Source of the DNA: Octopus bimaculoides
Lineage: Eukaryota
Length of the DNA stretch: 64,000 nt
Direction of reading: 5' to 3'
Assembly: GCF_001194135.2 (NCBI RefSeq)
Contig: NC_068988.1
Span: forward strand, 73,322,362 to 73,386,361
Position numbers and translations under genes: made by a program
Shown here: positions 1 to 11,809 of the stretch, one piece after another
How the letters are laid out: each line of letters opens with the position of its first letter
Numbering within the stretch: the first letter of the stretch is position 1
The notes under the pieces: model-generated
Seen by the model: only the letters and a program-made list of their open reading frames with translations
Told to the model about the DNA's origin: nothing
Database searches by the model: none

Positions 1-345
1 TAATGCTTCTTAGGTCCAACTTTTCTCTCAAGGCACTTACACTCTGTTGTGTATACACATTGACATTACACAGCCAGTGGAGCATATTTGCTGCATTTCT
101 TGCAAGCTTATGCATGTTGTCAGCAGTCACAGCCCATGTTTCACTGCCATATAGCATGGCTGTTCGCACACATGCGTCATACAGTCTGCCTTTTACTCTG
201 AGTGAGAGGCCCTTTGTCACCAGCAGAGGTAAAAGCTCTCTGAACTTTGCCCAGGCTATTCTTATTCTAGCAGCTACACTTTCAGAGCATCCACCTCCGC
301 TACTGACTTGGTCACCAAGGTAATTGAAGCTATCAACTACTTGTA
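1..345 (-). mobile_element. RTE-clade LINE fragment (RT C-terminal region)
   Basis: Minus strand reads VDSFNYLGDQVSSGGGCSESVAARIRIAWAKFRE, the same segment seen in other RTE copies here (15120-15240, 21500-21600, 50981-51057). Confidence 0.85.
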
Positions 346-384
346 GTTTTTCCTATATATATATGATATATATATGTACATATA

Positions 385-775
385 GGCACAGGAGTGGCTG
401 CGTGGTAAGTAACTTGCTTACCAATCCCATGCTTCCAGGTTCAGTCCCACTGCATGGCACTTTGGGTAATTGTCTTCTACTATAGCTGCAAGCCGACCAA
501 ATCCTTGTGAGTAGATTTGGTAGATGGAAACTGAAAGAAGCCTGTCATATATATATATGTGTGTGTATACATATGTTTGTGTCTGTGTTTGTCCTCCCAC
601 CGTTGCTTGACAACTGATGTTGGTGCATTTATGTTCCCTTTACTTAGTGGTTTGGGCAAAGAGAACGATAGAATAAGTACCAGGGTTACATAGAATAAGT
701 CCTGAGTTTGATATGTTCGACTAAAAAGTCAGTGCTCCAGCATGTTTGCAGTGAAATGACTGAAACAAATTAAAT
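385..775 (+). mobile_element. tRNA-derived SINE, family A (head + internal microsatellite + 3' module)
   Basis: Starts GGCACAGGAGTGGCTGCGTGGT (A-box-like), has GGTTCAGTCCC (B-box-like), body ...GTAGATGGAAACTGAAAGAAGCC, then (TA/TG)n, then a 3' module ending GCTCCAGCATG...GACTGAAACAA; multiple copies in the window. Confidence 0.85.
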
Positions 776-794
776 TATTTATATTATTTATATG

Positions 795-1190
795 TGACTG
801 TGTGGTAAGTAGCTTGCTTACCAACCGCATGGTTCTGGGTTCAGTCCCACTGCGTGGCACTTTGGACAAGTGTCTTCTACTATAGCCTCTAGCCAACCAA
901 AGCCTTGTGAGTAGATTTGGTAGATGGAAACTGAAAGAAGCCCGTCGTATATATATGTGTGTGTGTGTGTTTGTTTGTGTGTGTTTGTGTGAATGTGTGT
1001 GTGTGTGTGTGTTTGTCCCCTCACCATCCCTTGACAACCAATGTTGGTGTGTTGATATCTCTATAACTTAGTGGTTTGGCAAAAGAGACCGATAGGATAA
1101 GAACTAGGCTTACAAAGAATAACTCTGGGGTCGATTTGTTCGACTTAATTAGGTGGTGCAATCAAATGACTGAAACAAATAAAAGAATAA
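795..1190 (+). mobile_element. SINE family A, second tandem copy
   Basis: Colinear with 385-775, with a longer (GT)n spacer. Confidence 0.85.
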
Positions 1191-1217
1191 AATAATATAT
1201 ATATATTTATATATATA

Positions 1218-1231
1218 NNNNNNNNNNNNNN
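1218..1231. other. Assembly gap (14 N)
   Basis: N run. Confidence 1.
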
Positions 1232-1295
1232 CAGACGAGGACAGGTGGTGTAAACAACAAAAGGATGTATTAGTTTAACGCTCGAGAATAGAGAA

Positions 1296-1336
1296 AGTCT
1301 TTAAACGTTTCGAGCTACGCTCTTCAACAGAAAGAA
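1296..1336 (-). ncRNA. Hammerhead-ribozyme-like motif (variant core CUGUUGA), probable Penelope-like terminal sequence
   Basis: Minus strand: UCUUU-CUGUUGA-A-GAGC(GUA)GCUC-GAAAC-GUUU-AAAGA; 4-bp stem II, palindromic AACGUU stem III, 5-bp stem I with one extra U. Confidence 0.5.
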
Positions 1337-2129
1337 ATAAGCAGAAAAACAAGGAGAAAAAAAATTTTAATGTTGTGGTCAGCGATCTATCATGGCGACT
1401 GCCGGACAGAAAGTTCACACAGGAGAGTTAAGAAAAAGGGGAGATAACAAAAGGGGAAGGAAGGGGAAAGAAGCGGTGAAACCAAATGCGAGAAGCTGTG
1501 TGTGTGTGTGAGAGAGAATGCTGGTGATCTTAATGTATGTATGTGTGTATGTAGGTGTGACAAAATGAAGAAGGGAGAAGGGAGTTGGTCAATGCTAGTG
1601 TGTGCGTGGTGGTGTGTTGTGAAGTGATATATCTATATATATATATATATATATATACTATGGACGATTCAAATGAATTATCTTTGTGTCAACATGTACC
1701 TCCTTAGGACAGTGTAAACTTTATTTAATCAAGATACCCTCAGCCATAAGAGTAGCCTGCAGTATACACCTCGCTTGCATATTTACTACTTCCTAGGTTC
1801 TGCTTGCTATGAAACATATGTAGCCCAGATATCATCTACTCCATTCCTTAACTCTTGTATTTTATTTGCATACTTGGTGACTCTGCCTGCCTACCATGAA
1901 ATATAAAACATTTTTTCAGCTTACCATCCTATGATATGGAAAAAATCCACAATCTTCCACCTCAATAAACCACTATTGGTCCTAAAAGTTGTTTTTTATA
2001 TTCTCTACAGTTTGCTTGAAGCTAACCTTCTTCCTTGGATCTTACATTTATATATATATTGTTATATTTTGGGATGGTCAATTCATTCTTCACTTCAGAT
2101 TTATTATCGTTCTTATTTTATGTCCTTCG

Positions 2130-2175
2130 TCTGGAAATCTTTCGTCACACATCTTGTGACCTCTTCAGTGACTCT
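2130..2175 (-). ncRNA. Degenerate hammerhead-like core
   Basis: Minus strand: CUGAAGA-G-GUCAC(AAGAUGU)GUGAC-GAAAG; canonical core and 5-bp stem II, but no convincing stem I. Confidence 0.35.
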
Positions 2176-2314
2176 CCATTCCATGTGTCTTGAATATATA
2201 TAGTGCGTGTGTTTATTTGGTAAAAAAATAAAAAAGCGACCATCCTAAAATATAACAATATCTGTTTAAACACACAGTTTCACATCATGAATCTTGCAAA
2301 ACAAATACATAAAC

Positions 2315-2362
<48 letters not shown>

Positions 2363-2559
2363 CCTACATATGTGTGTGTGTGTGGTGTCCGGTTAATTCA
2401 TCAATCACAATTTGTCATCATTTAACTTGTCCCCAGTCAATACATCAAGATCATAGGAAAAATGGAAGAACAAATATCTGAATTAAAAAACGTTTATTTT
2501 AAGGTTTGCTGTATTACATATTTATTTATTCTTAAAATTTAAGATTGTGTGCAATTGCT

Positions 2560-3905
2560 TTTAGAAAAAAATTATGTTTTGGCTTGGATCATATTTTTCC
2601 ATGACATTTTTATACACAGGATCATATCTCTGTATATTTTCTTTTGGCTTGGTTTTTCTTGCATAAGCTTCCACAATTTGGGACTGGCAAACCTTTCCTC
2701 ACATTTAATCACTTCAATATGTTTCCAAAGATTTAGATGACTAATATTCACTATGGTTTCCAGCAAGCTGTGGTAGGCTTCTAAACTATTTGTAGTATGA
2801 GCAATCTCTGTCATACATTGATCCTAAACATTCCATATAGGTAATGGAAATGGAGGTTCAAGGCGTCACCTTCTCTGTCCTCTTCCTCTAGGTGGTCCTA
2901 TATAATTATTTTCAAAATAGGATACAATTGACTGTGGAATATCATCATCATCAGCAAGTTGTTCATATCCATCTACAACATCATCAACTGGCAGGAAGGC
3001 AAGGGCAACAAAACACTGGATTTTTAGACTAAAACTGTCATCTTTGTGATATCTGCATTTTAGTCCTTCTTGCACAACATACTTGTACACATTTTATCTT
3101 AAATGAAAGAAGCAGCATGCCAAATTCGATGCAGGAAACGATACCAGAAATCTGTTATGGGCTGCATTTTTGAAATTCCTAATTATATTATCATGTCCTT
3201 CCTTCTGCAGTAATTCATTTATTTTGGCAAAAAGTCTACTCTGTGTCTTGACTTTTATCAGAGAGCAATGCGAACAATTGTGGGGCATTAAAATTATCAA
3301 TTTGAATGTGAAGTATATATAACTGAAATAATATACTAGAGCAGCACTTAAATGTTCCATCTTCCGCCTAGTTCTTGTGCTGTTTTAACTGTCGAAGTGG
3401 TACTTTGTCACTTGCAAATATTAGTATTCGTTTTGAATCTTGCATCCCGCTGTCATTCTGTCAAAACGTTTCATTATTGTCAAGGTAGGAGTATTCACTT
3501 GGAATGGAAAATCCAATATTTGTAAGTTAGGTGGCAGGATAGTTGAAACCAGCTTGCCTCTGTGCAAACGGAGGTATTTGCGACAATGTACAGTCCTTTA
3601 AATTCTGAACTTCACTAGCGATAACTGAACGAGGGGCATCACAAGATGAAATAGACTTTACTTTAATATTAGAAACTACTATCCTTGCATTTATCTCTGC
3701 AGCAATTGAAGCATGATTATGGATCCCAATCTTCTTAAGCTCCTTATAATTTTCATCTGTATGAAGTCTCACCTTGCACACACAATTTTTTCATCCCCAA
3801 TATGTCTGCAATCTATCTGCATTCTGCTTATTTTTTGTATATATATGATTTTCTTGATCGATCACTTTGATTTTTCCTTTCTCTGAAGTTATGATCTTGC
3901 ATGTA
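2560..3905 (-). pseudogene. FLYWCH-MULE (Mutator-like) transposase pseudogene
   Basis: Minus-strand pieces: ITSEKGKIKVIDQENHIYTK...TYWG*KNCVCKVRLHT...HNH (FLYWCH-like), FPASNLACCFFHLR (MULE CxFH motif), ALAFLPVDDV...SYFENNYIG and TTNSLEAYH...NLWKHIEVIK. Stops and frameshifts are present; no TIR identified, and the right end runs into a gap. Confidence 0.85.
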
Positions 3906-4038
3906 GTCATGTTGATGGGTAGGCGTATTGAATAAATTTAATTCGATTTGCTTGAAAATCTTTGTAAACTGTTCATTGCAGAAACTTGGGAGAGAGAGAG
4001 GGCAGGTTAAAGAAAGGAAAGAGAGAGAGAGAGAGAGA

Positions 4039-4776
4039 NNNNNNNNNNNNNNNNNNNNNNNNNNNNNNNNNNNNNNNNNNNNNNNNNNNNNNNNNNNNNN
4101 NNNNNNNNNNNNNNNNNNNNNNNNNNNNNNNNNNNNNNNNNNNNNNNNNNNNNNNNNNNNNNNNNNNNNNNNNNNNNNNNNNNNNNNNNNNNNNNNNNNN
4201 NNNNNNNNNNNNNNNNNNNNNNNNNNNNNNNNNNNNNNNNNNNNNNNNNNNNNNNNNNNNNNNNNNNNNNNNNNNNNNNNNNNNNNNNNNNNNNNNNNNN
4301 NNNNNNNNNNNNNNNNNNNNNNNNNNNNNNNNNNNNNNNNNNNNNNNNNNNNNNNNNNNNNNNNNNNNNNNNNNNNNNNNNNNNNNNNNNNNNNNNNNNN
4401 NNNNNNNNNNNNNNNNNNNNNNNNNNNNNNNNNNNNNNNNNNNNNNNNNNNNNNNNNNNNNNNNNNNNNNNNNNNNNNNNNNNNNNNNNNNNNNNNNNNN
4501 NNNNNNNNNNNNNNNNNNNNNNNNNNNNNNNNNNNNNNNNNNNNNNNNNNNNNNNNNNNNNNNNNNNNNNNNNNNNNNNNNNNNNNNNNNNNNNNNNNNN
4601 NNNNNNNNNNNNNNNNNNNNNNNNNNNNNNNNNNNNNNNNNNNNNNNNNNNNNNNNNNNNNNNNNNNNNNNNNNNNNNNNNNNNNNNNNNNNNNNNNNNN
4701 NNNNNNNNNNNNNNNNNNNNNNNNNNNNNNNNNNNNNNNNNNNNNNNNNNNNNNNNNNNNNNNNNNNNNNNNNNNN
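4039..4776. other. Assembly gap (738 N)
   Basis: N run flanked by (GA)n and (TA)n. Confidence 1.
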
Positions 4777-4782
4777 ATATAT

Positions 4783-5194
4783 ATCTTTCTCTTTTATCTC
4801 TTTTACTTGTTTCAGTCATTTGACTGCGGCCATGCTGGAGCACCGCCTTTAGTCAAGCAAATCGACCCCGGGACTTATTCTTTGTAAGCCTAGTACTTAT
4901 TCTATTGGTCTCTTTTGCTGAACCGCTAAGTGACGGGGACATAAACACACCAGCATCAGTTGTCAAGCAATGCTAGGGGGACAAACACAGGCACACAAAC
5001 ACATACCCACACATATATATATACATATGTACGACGGGCTTCTTTCAGTTTCCGTCTACCAAATCCACTCACAAGGCTTTGGTCGGCCTGAGGCTATAGT
5101 AGAAGACACTTGCCCAAGATGCCACGCAGTGGGACTGAACCCGGAACCATGTGGTTGGTAAGCAAGCTACTTACCACACAGCCACTCCTGCGCC
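4783..5194 (-). mobile_element. SINE family A, full-length, little-diverged copy
   Basis: Reverse complement starts GGCGCAGGAGTGGCTGTGTGGT, has GGGTTCAGTCCC, retains CpGs and ends GGCGGTGCTCCAGCATGGCCGCAGTCAAATGACTGAAACAAGTAAAA. Confidence 0.9.
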
Positions 5195-5274
<80 letters not shown>

Positions 5275-7629
5275 AAGAGAGAAAGGGAGAGACATACACA
5301 CACCAAGTTAAACTAGACCTGTTGGTTGATTTGAATAACATCACAATTAAAAGATGTAAATGAAACTGCATAATGCAAGAATTGAGTTTTAAAATTTCTT
5401 TTGTCAAACTGCTTATACACACCAGTTACAACTTTTGCTGACCAAAACATGAGGCAGTAATATATTTAAACAAATTATTATTATTAAAAAGTAACACATT
5501 CCCAAGGTGGTGCTCCATCATGACCACAGTTTCATGAATGATACAAGAAAAAGGTAAAAGATACTCAATCTAACACATTCTATTGTTCTTATATAAATAT
5601 CTACTATTTGTGAAAGTGACCCAGACACATAGATGAAGTTTTGGTTTCATTGCAATATTTTTTCTTGACTTTGTTTTATACTTTAGGAAATGCATGAGAT
5701 CAAGTTAGACAATTACCTGAGAAAGTTGACAGCTTGTATCCAGTTACCAGCAATTGCAATGAGTTCAAGACAAAGATACTAATAACAAAACAGCTATTTT
5801 AATAAGTAGCAGAGGGAAGAGTACTTTATGCTGTAAGCAGGTGGACTATATACAAACCTGATGAATATTTTTTGGGCTTGCTGTATTGACTTCAATACTC
5901 TCTTGTGGATGTAAAAAGAAGGTATGCTTTGTCCTCCTCACTCTATATAGTAGTCAGTTAGCCTGACCACCTATTGATGGATACTTCTGACCAAAATAAA
6001 TTAGATAACCAGCTCAATAATCTGACAATACTTAAAATTAAAAGAGCAATAAACCTGCATTTGGAACTCCTTTGATTTTTTAATTCAAGTCATGTCAGGT
6101 TTTATGCATTTATTTATTTTCATGGGAATAAAATAATGCAGAATTTATACTGAACAGGGCGTCTATGTAGGACTGTGAAACATGTTTGAAAGGACGTAAG
6201 TTGCTGGTTAGTAGGCGTTTATATTCCAAAACACTATTTCAAAAATAATACAGACATTATATTATTCACTGAAGCTTTACAATAGATGTCCTACTTAGCA
6301 CTTGTTAGCATTAAAAAAATTCTTTTATAAACCTATGTCTTCTCCAGCCTGTTACCTGGGACAAAGACAACCTGAGTCATTTTACAAATATCCTGAGAAT
6401 GTAATTTAGTCCACCTCATTTAAATAGCTTGGCCTTATTGCCTACAATATTTATATCAACTAAGGAAAGTATTCTGTCTGGCTTTTTAAAATTAAAGTGA
6501 TTGCAAATTTTCTATTGTTATCAACTCTTTAGGTTGCAGTATAATAAATAACAAAACACTTATAGGGAAATCCTGAAATTGCTACTATAAATAATAGTAT
6601 AAGTTATATAAAGTACATGAATTATACTGTTAATGGTATTCTCTCCCAAGTTGACAATGTGGCATGAGTGCAAATCATAGTGTATATATAGCGAAAAGAA
6701 AAACGTCATCCGTGTTTGTTTTACAGCGTTGGTAAATGTAATTATGTATGACCTGCTTTATTTATGAATGGTGGTTATAAATATGTATTGTATTAATTTG
6801 TAGAAACATTTTATTTTTCAAAAATAAATTTTTTCATATATTAACAGTTTTAATAAAAAAAAAATGCTGTATGTAATTTACATGGGTTATTTTTATATAC
6901 AAAACAGAGCTAAAGAACTCCTCCTCACCTGCATTCAAATTTGAAACTTTTAGCAAAAAAGGAAACTGGTTTAATTCTTAAAACCAAAATGCTAATTTTA
7001 TATAAATTGCTTTCAATAAAGCATGAACAAATTTGTTTTAGCAATAATGCTTGTCTTGTGACATTAATCATGTGTTGGAATTTGTACATACCCATACACA
7101 AATAGTCAGACTTTTATAACAACCAATTTGTATTTGGCATTTATATGCTCCCACTCTCAAACATGTGGACATTTATACTGTTATTAATCATAACTGAAGG
7201 AGGTGACCAATGTATTTATAAAAGATTTTAAATAAATTTTACAAGGTGAATTAAAGTAACTCCTTTTGAAATGGTTAGTGAAGGTGCTGGCGAAAGTTTG
7301 TATCCTAATGAAAAATAGATAATTATTTTTCATAACAATCCAGTTATTTTTGTCTTCCTGTAAATATAAATAATGCAATCTATTGCCTTGCAATTCTGAC
7401 TAGTTATGTCATAAACATCCATCATTTGTTGGAAGACATTTTCAGGGATGTGTCTGTCACATATTCTCTTACCTACATGCCACAATATCTATCTATCATC
7501 CATGTGTATTCGTAAATGCCCATTGCACATTTTTTTGTTAGTGAAAGGAATAAAAAATACCTTTATGCATTTCTCTGAGTAAATTTTATTTTATTTTTCA
7601 TAGAAGTACATGAAAAGTAACAATTCTAC

Positions 7630-7665
<36 letters not shown>

Positions 7666-8559
7666 TGACAACGGCAATGACAACATCAACAACAATAATA
7701 ATAATAATAACCAGCAGCACATGTAGGAATTCCATGATAAATACAAAATTTTTTAGGTGGTTGTAAGTTTAGAGCCATAAAAATTAGTCTTCCTTTATAA
7801 ATCGTATATTCTGCATTATTTTCGTTTAAAAACACTTTCCAGTTCTTCTGTAATTGAGGGAGCGTGACTTTCCTATTCTCTCAGTACTTCAGAAGTTTAT
7901 TTATAAATCTAAGAGATTCACAATGGTTACAGAGAATATTCATGCCAACCATGTTTAGAGTTTTTTTTATGTTCTCTGTTATTTTCATTTTATATTCTAT
8001 CTTGAACATGTTCCCTTATCTGTTGTAAATACTCACTCTGTACTCTTTGATTAATTTTTTCCTTTCTACATGTTGATGCTCCTGTGTGTTTTTTCAAGTG
8101 ATTCAAACCTATATTTCTCTTTATGCTATTGCCTATACCATCTCATTCTTTCTCTTTTTAGCTTACATCATCTGTCATCCATATTTTATAAATAAACATC
8201 AATTTTTAAGTGAGCAGAAAATAAATAATTGCACTTTTGCACATGTCTTAAGTGATAGGTGGTATAAAAAAATTATAGTTAAAAAAAAACATTTTTCATT
8301 CTCTAATCACCACTGCAACCTCCATCACCATCTCCTCACCATCACCACCACCATCATCATTATAGTTTTCAGTAACAAAGCTCAGTTTAAGCTGTTTGAT
8401 AATCAAGATTATTTTATTTCAGTTCAGCTGTTTGACTTTTCTTGCTGTTAATACAGAGTTCAAATAACAAATTTAAAAAAAAATAACATCCATGGCTATT
8501 TTGCTAAGTTTCATTGAAAAATCTATCTTTCTATGTTAAGTTTATTGCTTTAATTCCCT

Positions 8560-8858
8560 CTTTTCTCCACCCATCAATGTATTTATCAATGCGGATAGAT
8601 AAATAGATTGACAGAAAATATAAAGACTGAATACTAAAATGTTATTTTCTTGTCAATCATAAATTATGATGTTTAGAATTTCCCCCTGCAAAACACTTTA
8701 CTTGTCTTTCTCCGTCTCAATTGTCACTTCAACGAATTTTTTAACCATGACATCCCCCTCCTCATGTTGCTATGATTTCTCTCTTTCCCTTTCTCTTCAC
8801 CTCTCACTTCCACTAACCACATGACAGTTTAAGGCATTGGCTGGCAATGACACCACTA

Positions 8859-8940
<82 letters not shown>

Positions 8941-9205
8941 CTTTCTTTAAACTCACCACCAAAATATCACCCCTCTGTATCACTTGCTTTAACTAACTTT
9001 TTAACCACATAATAAATATTATGTTCCCCCTACTTCATGTCACTGACACTTCTCTCTCCCTGTTTCTCTCATCCTCTTTCTTTCTTTCTTCCTTTCTTTC
9101 CCTCCTCTTTTTTCTCTCTCCCTCTTTCTCTCTTGCTTTTTGCCTTTCCCTTCACCTAATCACGTGACAGTGTAATGCATTTTGGCCTTAGCATATTAAT
9201 ATATA
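8560..9205 (-). repeat. Purine/pyrimidine-biased repeat with internal dimer and (CT)n; possibly non-autonomous Helitron-like
   Basis: Two similar subunits (TTTTTAACC...CCCCCT..TCATGT; CTAACCACATGACAGT..GCATT). The reverse complement matches 28700-28920. Confidence 0.4.
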
Positions 9206-9234
9206 AATAATAATAATAACAATAATAATAATAA

Positions 9235-9435
9235 AGATTTCAAATTTTGACACATGACCAGCAATTTTAAGGGAGGGGGACAAGTCGATTGCATCACTCC
9301 CAGCACTCAACTGGTACTTACTTGATCAACCCTGAAAGGACAAAAGTCAACCTTGGTGGAATTTGAACTCAAAACGTAGACAGACGAAATACTGATTAGC
9401 ATTTTGCCTGGTGTGCTAACAATTCTGCCAGCAAC
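9235..9435 (-). mobile_element. tRNA-derived SINE, family B
   Basis: Reverse complement TGGCAGAATTGTTAGC...GAGTTCAAATTCC...AAGTACCAG; homologous to 29722-29952. Confidence 0.85.

Positions 9436-9436
<1 letters not shown>

Positions 9437-9522
<86 letters not shown>
9437..9522. repeat. (AAT)n microsatellite
   Basis: Perfect trinucleotide run. Confidence 1.
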
Positions 9523-9523
<1 letters not shown>

Positions 9524-9744
9524 GTCAAAATTAAAAGAAGAGTGCCATTTGTTATCTGGTGAACGATATTTCGACATCTCGTGTGTCTTCAACTGGTTCA
9601 AAAAATAAATTTGTCAATCTACTTCATTTTGGTTAATATAGAAAGTAGATTGACAAATTTATTTTTTGAACCAGTTGAAGACACACGAGATGTCGAAATA
9701 TCGTTCACCAGATAACAAATGGCACTCTTCTTTTAATTTTGACT
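9523..9744. repeat. Perfect 102-bp inverted repeat (18-nt spacer) carrying a hammerhead-like motif in each arm
   Basis: 9523-9624 is the exact reverse complement of 9643-9744; hammerhead-like fold at 9667-9707 (+) and 9560-9600 (-). Confidence 0.95.
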
Positions 9745-9781
9745 CTATATCTTCAGGAGGAGTTACCTCAATCCTTTCTAT

Positions 9782-9818
<37 letters not shown>

Positions 9819-9864
9819 GTAACAACAACAACAACAACAACAACAACAATAATAATAATAATCC

Positions 9865-10075
9865 TTTCTACAATAAGCAGAAGGCCTGAAATTTTGTGGG
9901 AGGGGACCAGTCGATTACATTGACCCCAGAATTTCACTGGTACTTAATTTATTGCCCCCTGAAGAATGAAAGGCAAAGTTAACCTCAGCGGAATTTGAAT
10001 TCTCAACATAAAGATGGCGTAATGTTGTTAAGCATTTTGCCTGGCATGCTAATGATTCTGCCAGCTCACCCACCT
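9865..10075 (-). mobile_element. SINE family B
   Basis: Homologous to 9235-9435 and 29722-29952. Confidence 0.85.
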
Positions 10076-10239
10076 TAATAATAATAATAATAATTTCTTT
10101 ATGAACCACTAATGGTTTACACAAAGAGCAAGGATGGTACAGGATGATACAATACAATATGATATGATGTAGAGTTACATGGGGACATGGGAACAGTAAA
10201 ATAACGAAAGCAAAGAAACAGAAAAATAATTCAAACAAG

Positions 10240-10700
10240 GGATACTTCCAAGGGCTGCATGTGGAAACCCCACAAAACCACTGTCACTCTCTCAGCAAGG
10301 GAATGTACCTTCTCCCTGTTATCCTCCTTCAGTCTATGGGCAGATGCTCATTTTAGGCCTGTTCACTTGGATCATGTTCACCATCGTCATTGACCTTTCA
10401 ACAAACTTACTAGAAGACTGCACTTTCCTTTTCAAGTGAAACTTGTAAAAAGCTGATGAGGGCTTGGCCAAACAGGAAGAAGTCTATCTTCAGTCATTTC
10501 AGTCTGGTCCACCACACAATCTCTTTTGCCAAGGTCATCATACAAACACTGCCTATCCTTCCTGGCCAAAAGAAGGCAGCAAGACAGTCTTCACTAGAGA
10601 TTCAACTGGAAGCCACATAAACTCACAAGTCAGCAATGCTTGGGCAGTGGATGAGTGCATGTAGAACAGTTTCGTCACTCTCCATGCATCTTGGGCAGGC
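10240..10700 (-). mobile_element. Tx1/L1-like LINE 3' fragment
   Basis: Minus strand ETVLHALIHCPSIADL (ET..H...C zinc-knuckle end) followed by AKEIVWWTRLK, typical of L1/Tx1 ORF2 C-termini; degenerate. Confidence 0.55.
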
Positions 10701-11324
10701 CTAGACGATGGGACTTCCATGCCCTATAGGCACTAATAGCCCTGTCAGGCAAAGGATTTTTGAAAATTATCCATGGGCCCCAACCAACTAATTTGACATT
10801 TCTAAATTTAGTAATGTATCATTCCATGAAGTCATATAAATTCTGACATGATGCCTGCATACAATGAATTGTAAGCTCATGAATATCGACATCAAATAGA
10901 GAATCACAAGCAGAAATTCTCTTGTAGGAGAGAATGTAGTGTCATATCCAGTCTGTCTTATCTCTGTCTTCATTTCTCAATCATTTCCCTATATCAGGTT
11001 CATTCCACTAATCCTTTTACTTAATAATGCTCTTATTTCATGACAAGTAACTTTCTATTATAATTTTACAATCCTATGATACCACGTTTGTGCCGTTTAA
11101 TAAAAGTTTAATAAAAGTTGAACATAAGCACCTGACCACCACAATCCAGTACTGACATATACCACTTTAATTCAGAATTAGGCAATTATCTGTAAACATA
11201 TTCATAGTATTGAGATAAACATTCCTGAGTTGAATATTCATTGACACTGTAATACCTTAACATGACTCACTGAGATGCATACCCACTTTAAAGTTTTGAT
11301 TACCTGCTTGATTATCATTATTAT

Positions 11325-11520
11325 CATCTTTTAACATCCATGTTCCATATTTGCATAGATTGGATGGCTTGACAAGACCCAATGGATCTGAAGATTGCAT
11401 TGTGCCCCAATGTTTGCTTTGGCATGGTTTCTACAGCTGTATGCCCTTCTAAATGCCTTCTACTTTACAGAGTGTACTGGGTGCTTTTTTGTATGGAACC
11501 AGAACTAGTGAGGTGGCCAT
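11325..11520 (-). mobile_element. RTE 3'-tail repeat
   Basis: Reverse complement of the common GGCATTAGGAAGGGCATCCAGCTGTAGAAACCATGCCAAA...GATGTTAAA(TGA)n tail. Confidence 0.75.
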
Positions 11521-11809
11521 TTAGCCTGCAAGACTAAGAACCCTTTCAGCTGATGGGACTACAGTAGAGTGGCAGGTTGCTTTATGCTAAGATATGAGGA
11601 GTTAAAGTATGAGAGAAGAAGCCAGAAGAGAATATGGATGCTTACATTATAGAAGAGAAGGTGGGAGTAACAATGAAGCTAGGGCTGGGTACCATGAAAA
11701 CATTCAATACATACAAAAAGCAAGCATAAGCAATGCTGGTAATCCTTACAACTGCGATGCACATCGTATACCACCACAACGTTACTGTTTGAGAACTCAC
11801 TCAGATAAA

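Noticed and set aside
3928-4887. 278-319-aa ORFs in the ORF track
   Set aside because: They are runs of X across the 4039-4776 N gap; the same applies to 36239-36679 and 50134-51037.
5856-5946. Short exon on either strand
   Set aside because: The plus-strand candidate has stops in all three frames; the minus-strand peptide is unrecognisable.
9307-9937. Poly-Tyr/Leu/Ile/Thr ORFs and twin MNQLKTHEM... ORFs
   Set aside because: Products of (AAT)n/(AAC)n microsatellites and of the inverted repeat read on both strands.
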